Shown here piece after piece: positions 16,864-25,280 of a stretch of DNA of 64,000 bases. The notes beneath the pieces were generated by a model. That model was not told the origin of the DNA and searched no databases. It saw only the letters and a list, made by a program, of their open reading frames with translations. The translations under genes were made by a program, and so were the position numbers. The stretch comes from a virus (lineage: Duplodnaviria; Caudoviricetes): the IMG/VR virus record IMGVR_UViG_3300033076_001247, positions 10,123-74,122 of that record; one strand, given 5' to 3'. How positions within the stretch are numbered: position 1 is the first letter of the stretch; every line of letters starts with the position of its first letter.

Positions 16864-17381
16864 CCCTCGACGAAGCCGTGGCGCTGCTGCGGGAGGCGCA
16901 AGCCCAAGCCGAGAGCGTGGACGGACTGAGCGTTGCGCTGAGCCGCCGCATCGACGCGGCGCTGGCCGCGCACGACGCGGAGCGGGCGGAAGCCCTGCTG
17001 TTTTCGCCCGACCGATGCTGTCCCGGCTGCGGGAGCGTGCGCCTCGCCCTCGACGAAACGACGATGCTCTCGTCCTGCCCGCCGCAACGACCGGCCGAGT
17101 GCCGCAACTGCGGGAACAGGTTTGCGATCCCAGCGACCGGCTTCCTGATTGAGAAGCCGAAGGCCGGGTCATCTGCCGACGAGACGAAGATCCTTCGCGA
17201 GCGGGTCAATCAACTCCTGAACCGCGACCGCGACGCGATCAAGTGGCGTGATCGTTGGCGCAGCGCCAACGCCGAAGGACTGCGGTTGCGCGAGGCGTTG
17301 ACGGAGATTGCTGTCGGCGACCACGAAGGACTGACACCCGAGGAACGAGCGCAGGTCGCGCTCGACGGAGACGAAGAATGA
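16860..17381 (+). CDS. Zn-ribbon-containing hypothetical protein
   Basis: CPGCGS..CRNCG; N-terminus paralogous to 11759. Confidence 0.6.
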   Translation: MTLDEAVALLREAQAQAESVDGLSVALSRRIDAALAAHDAERAEALLFSPDRCCPGCGSVRLALDETTMLSSCPPQRPAECRNCGNRFAIPATGFLIEKPKAGSSADETKILRERVNQLLNRDRDAIKWRDRWRSANAEGLRLREALTEIAVGDHEGLTPEERAQVALDGDEE

Positions 17382-17599
17382 TGGGTTTGATTCTGTTGGG
17401 CGTCGGGTGCTTTGCGCTCGGCGGGCTGGTTGGGTTCTTCGGTGCGGTGGCCGCGTTCGCGCACGCAATCGCGCACAACACGAAGGGCTTTCGGGACAAG
17501 CTCAAGAAGGACGTCGCGAGGGCCGAGAGCCTCGACCGCGCCGAGCGGACGATGGAGAAGATGCTCGCCGAGCTCAAGTCCGGGAAGGGGGAGCGATGA
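17378..17599 (+). CDS. Small membrane protein
   Basis: N-terminal TM, C-terminal coiled coil. Confidence 0.6.
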   Translation: MMGLILLGVGCFALGGLVGFFGAVAAFAHAIAHNTKGFRDKLKKDVARAESLDRAERTMEKMLAELKSGKGER

Positions 17600-17850
17600 A
17601 CACTCTGATGGTGTTTGTCGTCTTTGCGGGAGGGATGCTGTTCGGCTATCGCCTAACGCAGCCGCCATTCAAGCGAACGTACAGGCTGAACCAGATGTGG
17701 AAAAGGTCGATGGCATGCTGCGGCGAGGTCATCCGCGCTCCCGTTTTTGACGACGACACCGGACGAGCCATCGCGACCTTGCGTGCCTTGGCAGCCGACC
17801 ATTACGACCGATGCCCACTGAAAAAGGAGACGACCGATGACGAGTGCTGA
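17596..17850 (+). CDS. Small membrane protein
   Basis: MNTLMVFVVFAGGMLFG. Confidence 0.55.
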   Translation: MNTLMVFVVFAGGMLFGYRLTQPPFKRTYRLNQMWKRSMACCGEVIRAPVFDDDTGRAIATLRALAADHYDRCPLKKETTDDEC

Positions 17851-18085
17851 ACTCGACGCCATCCGGGAGCGCCTTGCTGCCGCGAAGGCGTGCAAGCCGT
17901 TCACCGGCTCGGTCGACGACATGATCTTCGGGCAGCGCGCCGCACAGGACGTCGAGGCGCTGCTCGCCGAGGTTGACCGGCTGCGCGAGGCACTCGAACT
18001 CGTCGCCTCGCCTCTCTCGCCGACAGTGACCGACCTTTGGGCCGGCGTTGAGACCGCGCGCAAGGCGCTGAAGGAGGGCAAATGA
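17837..18085 (+). CDS. Ead/Ea22-like protein
   Basis: ELDAIRER...VEALLAEVDRLR. Confidence 0.6.
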   Translation: MTSAELDAIRERLAAAKACKPFTGSVDDMIFGQRAAQDVEALLAEVDRLREALELVASPLSPTVTDLWAGVETARKALKEGK

Positions 18086-18603
18086 GCCTCATCACCCGCG
18101 AAGAACTAGACGCCGTCCGCAATCACATCAGCAACATTCCGCCCGTTGGTGCGATGTATGCGCCCGTGCTCGTCGAGCACTGCCGAGCGTTGCTGGACGA
18201 GGTCGACCGACTGCAACTCGAGGCGAGCCACCATCTCGCGGCACTCGGCACCGCCGAGCTTCTGAAGGCCGTCTGGGGGCGCGAGCGGGAGAGGCTGCAA
18301 GGGCTGCTGTCGGAAGCGGGCGAAAGCGCCATACGGGCCCGCGTCGAAAACAAGTCCTTTCGCGAGCGCAACCGTCACGACGAGGCCGTCGCCTTGCTGG
18401 CCGAGCAGGAGTGGATCACTGACGGACGAGAGTGTCTCGTCTACTGCATTCACTGCCGCCACCCAGAGAGCAAGGGCCACGACGACAACTGCCGAGCGTT
18501 CGGGCGGCGTGGCGTTGTAACCGGCTGTCGCGAGGAGAGCGCAGCACAAGCGGCGCGCTTCGAGGCGATGATGCGCGAGATCGACAAGGCGGTGACGCCA
18601 TGA
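18082..18603 (+). CDS. Ead/Ea22-like protein with Zn motif
   Basis: REELDAVR...RALLDEVDRL; CIHC..H..C. Confidence 0.6.
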   Translation: MSLITREELDAVRNHISNIPPVGAMYAPVLVEHCRALLDEVDRLQLEASHHLAALGTAELLKAVWGRERERLQGLLSEAGESAIRARVENKSFRERNRHDEAVALLAEQEWITDGRECLVYCIHCRHPESKGHDDNCRAFGRRGVVTGCREESAAQAARFEAMMREIDKAVTP

Positions 18604-19154
18604 AGCCCGGCACCCTCACGGTCTACTCTGGCCCCATGTTTAGCGGGAAGACCACGGCGCTCCTGTCGCACCTTCGCCGCTGGGAACTCGCCCGCCGGAA
18701 GGTGTGCGTCTACAAGCCATGCATCGACGACCGCTACGACCCCGAGTTCGTCGTCACGCACGGCAAGGACAAGACGCCGGCGCAGGTCGCCGCGACGAGT
18801 GCGGAGGTGCTTCGGCACGCGCTGTCGACGCGGCCGGAGCTCGTCGGCATCGACGAGGCGCAGTTTTTTGACGACGGCCTCGTCTTCGACGTCGAGCACC
18901 TGCGGCGGGAGGGCATCAGCGTCGTCGTTGCGGCGCTCGACCGGACCTCGACCGGCGAGCCCTTCGGGTGCGTGCCGACGCTGCTCGCCCTGGCCGACGC
19001 CGTTCACAAGCTCTCGGCCGTCTGCGTGCGCTGCGGCGCTGACGCGACGCGCAGCTACCGCACGGCGTCTGCCGACGACGTCGTAATGGTCGGCGGAGCG
19101 GACAAGTACGAGGCGAGGTGCGCGGCGTGCTGGACGCGCGGAGGTGCGGCATGA
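18600..19154 (+). CDS. tdk: Thymidine kinase (TK1 type)
   Basis: GPMFSGKT, KP.ID.RY, IDEAQFF, AVC..CG, VGG..KYEARC..C. Confidence 0.95.
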   Translation: MKPGTLTVYSGPMFSGKTTALLSHLRRWELARRKVCVYKPCIDDRYDPEFVVTHGKDKTPAQVAATSAEVLRHALSTRPELVGIDEAQFFDDGLVFDVEHLRREGISVVVAALDRTSTGEPFGCVPTLLALADAVHKLSAVCVRCGADATRSYRTASADDVVMVGGADKYEARCAACWTRGGAA

Positions 19155-19480
19155 CGACCGCCGAGCCCCGAGTCCCGCACGGCACCCGCTCGCGCTACGT
19201 CGGCCACGGCTGCCGGTGCCAACCCTGCCGTGACGCGAACGCAACCGACCGCAGAGCTCGGTTGGTGCGGCGTCCGCTCGTCGACGCTGCGCCCGTTTCT
19301 GCCCATGTCCGCGCGCTACAGGCCGCCGGCCTCTCGCGGGCGCGTATTGCTCGAGCTGCACGGGTCGGCGAGTCCACACTCGACCGCGTCTGCCGAACGC
19401 TAGGCGCGCGGATGCTGCCGAACCTCGCCAAGCGTATCCTGCGTGTGCGACCGCCGGTCGAGGCGCGTCGTGGCGGCTAG
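19151..19480 (+). CDS. Zn-finger + HTH DNA-binding protein
   Basis: HGTRSRY..GCRCQPCRDA; GLSRARIARAARVGESTL. Confidence 0.7.
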   Translation: MTTAEPRVPHGTRSRYVGHGCRCQPCRDANATDRRARLVRRPLVDAAPVSAHVRALQAAGLSRARIARAARVGESTLDRVCRTLGARMLPNLAKRILRVRPPVEARRGG

Positions 19481-19715
19481 GGCTCGACCAGGCTGCGTCG
19501 GCTGGTGCGACGACTGCTATGGGCGGCACACGCAGGAGCGGCGGCTCGCCATCCTGCGCCTCTGCCTGCACCTAACGACCGAGGAGCTGCGCCTCGCCTG
19601 GGCGCACTTCTGGCCGGCGACGGAGGCGGGAAAAAAGCTGCTGCACCGCGACCGAAAGGCGCTGAAACAGGCTCAAAACGACGCCGTGCGTTTTTCTGTT
19701 GACCGGCACATGTAG
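19470..19715 (+). CDS. Hypothetical protein
   Basis: CxxWCxxC; overlaps promoter module B. Confidence 0.45.
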   Translation: MAARARPGCVGWCDDCYGRHTQERRLAILRLCLHLTTEELRLAWAHFWPATEAGKKLLHRDRKALKQAQNDAVRFSVDRHM

Positions 19716-19768
19716 CCGTGGCAAGGTTGCCTACACCGACGCACTGACGCGGCGGCACGGAGACGACG
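19691..19768 (+). promoter_or_regulatory. Conserved promoter + leader module B
   Basis: T-tract, TTGACC-N17-CAAGGT, 41 nt to ATG including GCACTGACGC-N3-GGCACGGAGA. Confidence 0.7.
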
Positions 19769-20017
19769 ATGACCCTGACGACCTCGACGACCTACGGCAC
19801 CTCGACCATCACGGCGACGCTCAACACCGAGACCCTCCGCGTCTCGCTCGATGTTGACGGTATCTGGGCGGGCGACGGCAAGTGGAGCACCACCCGCAAG
19901 ACCGGTGGCTGCATCGTCGACTGCGGCGCGCTCCTGGTCCGCGACGACGACGACGCCACCGAGGCCGCCTACCGCGCTCTCGACGCCGGCCTCCGCGCGC
20001 AACTCGCGACCCGCTAG
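19769..20017 (+). CDS. Small early protein
   Basis: First ORF after module B. Confidence 0.7.
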   Translation: MTLTTSTTYGTSTITATLNTETLRVSLDVDGIWAGDGKWSTTRKTGGCIVDCGALLVRDDDDATEAAYRALDAGLRAQLATR

Positions 20018-20059
20018 ACCACTGACACCCTGCCGCGACGGCAGGGCATGGAGACGCCA

Positions 20060-20350
20060 ATGCGAGCGAACGTCCGCTTCCGATACTGGGCCGAGACCGC
20101 CGACGAGCAGGACACTGTTGAGCTGACCGTCCGCGCCGAGGTCGACGCCGGCGTCGAGCCCGTCACCGACCGCCGCCCCGAGCACTGCCATGAGGGCGAG
20201 CCGGCGAGCGTCATCGACGTCGAGGTGCTCGACGAGAACCTGCAGCCGCTCACAATCACGCAGATCGGCGAGCGATTCGTCGGCGGCACCTACGGGAACA
20301 TCATCCGAGAGGTGCTCCGCTCCCGCGTCGAGCTCCCCGACCCCCACTGA
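20060..20350 (+). CDS. Hypothetical acidic protein
   Basis: GGAGA RBS; preceded by 8-bp hairpin CCCTGCCG/CGGCAGGG. Confidence 0.65.
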   Translation: MRANVRFRYWAETADEQDTVELTVRAEVDAGVEPVTDRRPEHCHEGEPASVIDVEVLDENLQPLTITQIGERFVGGTYGNIIREVLRSRVELPDPH

Positions 20351-20406
20351 CACACACCGCCGCGACGAGCGGCACAACGCGGCACCTCGCCGCACAGGAG
20401 GCCACG

Positions 20407-21480
20407 ATGGCCGTCGAAACCAAGGAGCAGTTCCAGAACCGCGCGCTCGCTACCACCGCGACGAACGGCGCGACGCCGATGCGTTACGAGGCGCCGGTCC
20501 AGGGCGTCAACACGCTCGCCTACGAGCCCACCAACCTCGACGAGGCGTTCCGCATGGCGCAGATCCTCGTCTCGAGCGGCTTGACGCCGCGCGGTGTCGA
20601 CACGCCCCAGAAGGCGTTCCTCATCATGGCGCAGGGACGCGAGCTCGGCTTGAGCACGATGCAGTCGCTCGGCAACATCTACGTCGTGGAGGGCAAGGTC
20701 TCGCTGTCCTCCGACCTGATGGCCGCGATGGTGCTCAAGAGCGCCGTCTGCGAGTACCTCCGCGTTATCGAGATGACCCCGGAGCGCGCCACCTACGCCG
20801 CGAAGCGAAAGGGCGGCGCCGAGTTCCGCTTCTCGTTCTCGTGGGAGGACGCCGTCAAGGCGGGCCTTACGAACCGGCCGAACTACAAGGCGAACCCGGC
20901 GGACATGCTGCGGCACCGCGCGTTGAGCAAGTGCGTCCGCGCCGTCTTCCCCGACGTCGTCGCCGGCCTGTACTCCCGCGACGAGGCCGAGGACATCGTT
21001 GACGTCACCCCGCGTCAGGTCATCGCCGAGGTCGTCCATGCTGCGGCCGAGACGGCGACGCAGCCCGCGCTGCCCGCCGCGACGAAGGTCCGCAAGCGCA
21101 CTCCCGCGCAGCCGGTCTCCGCGCCCGTCGTCCAGGTGCAGCCGGCGCCCGAGCCCGAGCCGGTCGTCGAGGAGACCGTCGCGCAGGAGCAGATCGAGGA
21201 CGCCGCGCCCGTCGCCGGTCCGCACCGCAACGACGACGGCGCCATCATCGACCCGCTTACGGGCGAGGTGCTCGACGGCTTTGAGGCCGGCGCGTTCGCC
21301 ACCGTCGGCGACAGCACGACCGAGGAGGCGTTGACCGCCGCGCAGCGCACCGTCTCGGACGCGAAGCCGATGCTCTCGCCGAGCCGCTACTCCGCGCTCG
21401 CCTGGACGTACTTCTGGGCGCGGAAGACCGTGCTCGGCAAGGACGCGCCCGCCCAGTACCAGCAGCTCCGCGCAATCTGA
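20407..21480 (+). CDS. recT: RecT-like single-strand annealing protein
   Basis: EA.RMA..L..SGL.P....TP......G.ELGL..MQSL.NIYVVEGK; W..NP.DML..RA; GLYS.DE. Confidence 0.75.
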   Translation: MAVETKEQFQNRALATTATNGATPMRYEAPVQGVNTLAYEPTNLDEAFRMAQILVSSGLTPRGVDTPQKAFLIMAQGRELGLSTMQSLGNIYVVEGKVSLSSDLMAAMVLKSAVCEYLRVIEMTPERATYAAKRKGGAEFRFSFSWEDAVKAGLTNRPNYKANPADMLRHRALSKCVRAVFPDVVAGLYSRDEAEDIVDVTPRQVIAEVVHAAAETATQPALPAATKVRKRTPAQPVSAPVVQVQPAPEPEPVVEETVAQEQIEDAAPVAGPHRNDDGAIIDPLTGEVLDGFEAGAFATVGDSTTEEALTAAQRTVSDAKPMLSPSRYSALAWTYFWARKTVLGKDAPAQYQQLRAI

Positions 21481-21545
21481 CCGCCCATCCAGTTCGTCGA
21501 GCCGAACCACGGCCGCTGGCAGGCGGCCCACCGAAAGGATGAGCT

Positions 21546-22778
21546 ATGCCGAGCAGAATCTCCGGCTCCAAATTGCCGCTCGTCTCGCACTGCCGCGCTG
21601 CGTTCGCGCCCGACGTCGTCTGGCCGCCGTCGCCTCCCGGTCGTCCCGCCATCTACGGCACCGCGTTTCATGCGGCGGTCGAGCTCTGGTACGCGAGCGG
21701 CGAGGTCGACCTCGACGGCATCGCCGCGAAGCACGGCCTCGACCTTGAGGAGGCCGCCCGCCTCGAGCGCGCCTTCGACGGTTGGTCGACGTCCCGCGTC
21801 GCGAGCCTGTCCGACGCGACGCCCGAGTGGGGCGCCGGCTACGACACCGCCACCGGCACCGTCGTCCTTTTGCCGCGAGGCGAGGGCCGCGCCGCGTACG
21901 ACGGCCTTCCGAGCACCGTGATCTGCGCGACGCTCGACCTCGTGCGCGTCGACGAGCAGAGCAAGAGCGGCGAGGTCCACGACTGGAAGACCGGCAGGAC
22001 GAAGCTCCCGAAGGCCAAGGAAAACTGGCAGCTCCTCTTCGGCGCGATGCTTCTCGCCCGCGCATACGACCTCGACAGCGTCCGCGTCTACCTGCACACG
22101 GTCGACGAGGACGGCGAGCTCCGCACGAGCGAGGGCGAGGTCGATGCCATCGAACTGGACGGCGTCGAGGCCAACGTCACCCGCTGGCAGCGCGAGGCGA
22201 CCGAGCGGCCGAAGCTCAACCCCGGCGAGCACTGCGTCGGGCTGTACTGCCCCATCCGCGCGACCTGCTCGAAGACCAACGAGGCCACCGACGAGCTCGC
22301 GCCCGTCCCGCTGACCGAGGGCGTCGTCTACCCGCTGACCGGCGCCATCGAGTCGCCCCAGCAGGCGCTCTGGATTCTCCATCGCGTCAAGGCCGTGCAG
22401 GCGGCGGTCGACCTCGCCGAGAAGGCCGTCCGCGCCTACGTCGACGAGCGGCAGGGCATCGAGGTCGACGGCAAGTGGTACGGCCGACACCTCGACACCT
22501 GGACGGAGCCCGACCTCTCGACGCTCGACGAGACGAAGTACGCAACGCTCGCCCGACTCGACCTGCAGAACGCCGTCGAGCACAAGCTCGGGACGACGAA
22601 GCTCAAGGCCGAGATCAAGGCGCGCGGGCTCAAGGGCAAGGCGCTTGAGGCCGCCTACGAGATGGCGCTTGAGGAGCTCGGCGCCGCCGGCATGACGAAG
22701 ACGAAGACGCGCGCGGTCTACACCGCCCGCAAGCAGCGCCCCGAGCCCGTTGTGGCCGGGACCGCCGAGGAAGAGTGA
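21546..22778 (+). CDS. PD-(D/E)XK exonuclease (Cas4/RecB-like, recombination partner)
   Basis: GTAFH, TLDLV...HDWKTG, WQL..A, PGEHC..LYCP..ATC. Confidence 0.85.
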   Translation: MPSRISGSKLPLVSHCRAAFAPDVVWPPSPPGRPAIYGTAFHAAVELWYASGEVDLDGIAAKHGLDLEEAARLERAFDGWSTSRVASLSDATPEWGAGYDTATGTVVLLPRGEGRAAYDGLPSTVICATLDLVRVDEQSKSGEVHDWKTGRTKLPKAKENWQLLFGAMLLARAYDLDSVRVYLHTVDEDGELRTSEGEVDAIELDGVEANVTRWQREATERPKLNPGEHCVGLYCPIRATCSKTNEATDELAPVPLTEGVVYPLTGAIESPQQALWILHRVKAVQAAVDLAEKAVRAYVDERQGIEVDGKWYGRHLDTWTEPDLSTLDETKYATLARLDLQNAVEHKLGTTKLKAEIKARGLKGKALEAAYEMALEELGAAGMTKTKTRAVYTARKQRPEPVVAGTAEEE

Positions 22779-23227
22779 TGGGCATGCTCACGAAGCTCGC
22801 CGAGGAGACGGCGAAGAAGCCTCGCACCCGCAAACCGAAGGTCGTCCCGCTCGACGCGCCGGCGCCGTCGGTCGTCGACCGCATCGCCGAGCAGCAGGCG
22901 GCGCTTTACGCCGACCACCCCGACGTCGTCAGCCAGGCAAAGGCGTTCGCCGCGCAGCGCCTCGCCGACGCGATGGCGACCGAGGCCGAGGCCCGCGCCG
23001 CGATGGCGAAGGAGATGCTCGCGAAGGTGACCGCCGAGCGCCGGGCGATGGACGTCCGCGCCGCCCTCGACGGGCGCGACGAGCTCCTCGCGCAGCACAC
23101 GCAGCTTCTCCGGCTCGCCCGAGGCTGGCTGCTCGGCGAGCACGGAAACGACCCGAACGTCCAAAGCCGAGCGCAGTCGGTCATTACCCTCGCGAGCGAG
23201 CTGCGCCTCGCCACGCGCGAAAGCTAG
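22778..23227 (+). CDS. Hypothetical helical protein
   Basis: Coupled to the exonuclease stop. Confidence 0.6.
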   Translation: MGMLTKLAEETAKKPRTRKPKVVPLDAPAPSVVDRIAEQQAALYADHPDVVSQAKAFAAQRLADAMATEAEARAAMAKEMLAKVTAERRAMDVRAALDGRDELLAQHTQLLRLARGWLLGEHGNDPNVQSRAQSVITLASELRLATRES

Positions 23228-23233
23228 ACGAAC

Positions 23234-23647
23234 ATGGCATCCAACGGATTGAACAAGGCGAGCCTCATCGGAAACCTCACGAAAGACCCAGAGATCCGAT
23301 TCACGCAGGGCGGGCAGGCGGTGGCAAACTTTGTCGTGGCGACGAACGAGTCGTGGACCGGCAAGGACGGCAACACCACCGAGAAGACCGAGTTCCACAA
23401 TGTGTCGTGTTGGGGCGGACTCGCCAAGGCGTGCGGTGACTATCTCAAGAAGGGCTCGCGCGTTTACGCCGAAGGCCGCATCACCTACCGCAAGGTCGAG
23501 AAGCCCGACGGGCAGACCAAGTACTACACGGAGATCGTCGCCCGCGAGGTGCTGTTCCTGACCTCGCCGAAGGACCGGCAGCAGGTTTCCGAGGCTGCGA
23601 CGGACGCCGGATTCGGCGCGGAGCCGGAGACCGACTTCCCCTTCTAG
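23234..23647 (+). CDS. ssb: Single-stranded DNA-binding protein
   Basis: NKASLIGNLTKDPE.RFT, TEFHNV, KGSRVY.EGRI, acidic DFPF tail. Confidence 0.97.
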   Translation: MASNGLNKASLIGNLTKDPEIRFTQGGQAVANFVVATNESWTGKDGNTTEKTEFHNVSCWGGLAKACGDYLKKGSRVYAEGRITYRKVEKPDGQTKYYTEIVAREVLFLTSPKDRQQVSEAATDAGFGAEPETDFPF

Positions 23648-23661
23648 GCTCGCTCTGATAG

Positions 23662-23703
23662 CCTCTCGGTAACGGTCCCACTACGGAGGCCGTTACTGAG
23701 AGG
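23662..23703 (+). promoter_or_regulatory. Hairpin sequestering the HNH gene RBS
   Basis: ~18-bp stem CCTCTCGGTAACGGTCCC / GG(A)GGCCGTTACTGAGAGG whose 3' arm contains the GAGAGG 5 nt before ATG 23709. Confidence 0.75.
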
Positions 23704-23708
23704 ACAGC

Positions 23709-24407
23709 ATGAGAGGCGTGAAGGACAAGATTGAGCCGGGGTATCGCTCCCGAATGCTAACCGTCATTCGAGAGGTCGACGGACTTCCGAAGGGCTCGCT
23801 CCGTCAAGTTGAGATTCAGTGCGACTGCGGTCGACGGAAAGTCATGGCGTGGCGCGATGCCAAGTACGGACGAATACAGTCCTGCGGTTGCATTACGATA
23901 GGCGAACGAGGCACGGCCGAGCCAGCAGCAGTCGCAGGCGCAAGGTGGATTCCAACAACACAGGGCAAATGGACGCTCGTTGACGAAGATGTTTATCCGT
24001 CTGTCTCTCGCTTGCGTTGGTCGCTGAGTGGTGGTGAGCGTGCATATGCCTGCTCGCGAACAGGTAAGAGGTTCGTTCGTCTTCATCACTTGGTCGTCGG
24101 TGAGCCTCCGGCGCGAATGCAGGTCGATCACATCAACGGCGACAGGCTCGACAACCGACGATGCAATCTGCGATTCGCCACGAACGCACAGAACTGTCAG
24201 AACAAAAGGCCGAGAGCGGGCTTCAGATGGAAGGGCATACGCAAAAACAAGTGGGGATGGATTGCTCGCGTGCGGACCAAGGAAGGCCGGATTTACCTCG
24301 GCACGTTCAAGACAGAGGTCGACGCCGCTCGCGCCTACAACGAGGCCGCCAAGCGACTGCATGGCGAGTTCGCCTGGCTCAATCCGATTCCCGATGAGGT
24401 AGACTGA
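23709..24407 (+). CDS. HNH homing endonuclease with Zn-knuckle and AP2 domains
   Basis: CDCG..SCGC; LHH...VDHINGDRLDNRRCNLR; FRWKGI...YLGTF.TE.DAARAYN.AA..LHGEFA. Confidence 0.93.
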   Translation: MRGVKDKIEPGYRSRMLTVIREVDGLPKGSLRQVEIQCDCGRRKVMAWRDAKYGRIQSCGCITIGERGTAEPAAVAGARWIPTTQGKWTLVDEDVYPSVSRLRWSLSGGERAYACSRTGKRFVRLHHLVVGEPPARMQVDHINGDRLDNRRCNLRFATNAQNCQNKRPRAGFRWKGIRKNKWGWIARVRTKEGRIYLGTFKTEVDAARAYNEAAKRLHGEFAWLNPIPDEVD

Positions 24408-24801
24408 GCACCGGCCGCGCGTTCCGACGGCGGCCCTCGGTCCCGACATCGCCGAGGTGCCGCAAAACGCGAGACGAGAGAGCGCGACGGAGTCCACCGT
24501 CGACACACACGCTGGTCGGCAGCGCAGGAGGGGCGAGCCGACGAAGTACCTGGACCGGGTCCGTGGCTGACCCAGAGCGGGGACAACGACCTCCACCTCG
24601 CGAAGAGACAGGGAGCCGAGTCGCACCGCTACGCGACGACAAGGCTGGCCGGCAGCGGTGGAAAGGTCGGGCGGAATCCGCCGCACGACCGACGGGGCGA
24701 GCCGGCACTACCAGCAGCACCACGACGGCCTCGGGCTCACGCTCGGGGCCGTCGTCTTTCGTGCGTCGGCGTGTCCCCAGTCCCGTGATAAAGACGACGG
24801 C
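24408..24801 (+). ncRNA. Putative structured leader / ncRNA with switchable 3' end
   Basis: No credible ORF; stems 24515-20/24537-42, 24624-30/24654-60, 24665-90; 15-bp hairpin 24722-24755 competes with 12-bp stem 24748-59/24790-801. Confidence 0.5.
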
Positions 24802-25026
24802 ATGACAACGCCCGAAGGCGAGAACCTCGCAGTCGACCCCCTCGAAGTCTACGAACGAGCTGCCCGCGAAAGCCTCCGCGCCCGCGTCGTCGAGATTCTG
24901 CTCCAGCAGCAACTCGTCTACGCGCATCAGCCGACGTTCACGGGCAAGGACGAGGAGACCCGCGAGGAGGTGCTCCGAGTCCTCGTTCGCGTGCTCGATA
25001 TGGTCGCCGACACGGGCCTCGAATGA
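24802..25026 (+). CDS. Hypothetical protein
   Basis: 74 aa, typical codon usage. Confidence 0.6.
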   Translation: MTTPEGENLAVDPLEVYERAARESLRARVVEILLQQQLVYAHQPTFTGKDEETREEVLRVLVRVLDMVADTGLE

Positions 25027-25280
25027 CCGACGCTGAGATGGACGCGCTGCACGCCCGCGCCAAAGCCGCGCCGGCCGACCGCTGCTGCTACGCCCTCGCC
25101 GAGCTCGGCCAGCACGCCTACGGCTGCGACCGGCAGCGGCACCCGGCCCGCATCGTCGTCCCGGTGCGAGAGATCGCCTGGTTGATCGACGAGGTGCGCC
25201 TGCTCCGCGAGCAGCTCGATGCCGCCCTCGCCGACCGCGCCGCCCTGCGCGAGCGCGCGAACCGAACGGAGACCCGGTAG
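25023..25280 (+). CDS. Ead/Ea22-like protein
   Basis: EMDALHAR...WLIDEVRLLR. Confidence 0.55.
   Translation: MTDAEMDALHARAKAAPADRCCYALAELGQHAYGCDRQRHPARIVVPVREIAWLIDEVRLLREQLDAALADRAALRERANRTETR

Noticed and set aside
21546-22778. Cas4-like nuclease as a sign of CRISPR-Cas
   Set aside because: It sits in a RecT/SSB recombination operon; no cas genes or repeat-spacer array are present. The 6876-6938 and 42120-42900 repeats are coding tandem repeats.
24501-24587. Two 10-mers (CGACACACAC, CGGGGACAAC) shared between the two putative RNAs
   Set aside because: About one chance 10-mer match is expected between two ~400-nt regions at this GC content, and the order differs.
24563-24600. GCTGA...AGAGCGGGGAC resembles the 5' signature of c-di-AMP (ydaO) riboswitches
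   Set aside because: The 3' half (CCCGUCAGCUAACC-like) cannot be found; needs cmscan before any claim.
23647-24801. Group I intron hosting the HNH gene
   Set aside because: ssb ends intact (DFPF*), no interrupted gene flanks the region, and no P/Q/R/S core is recognisable.
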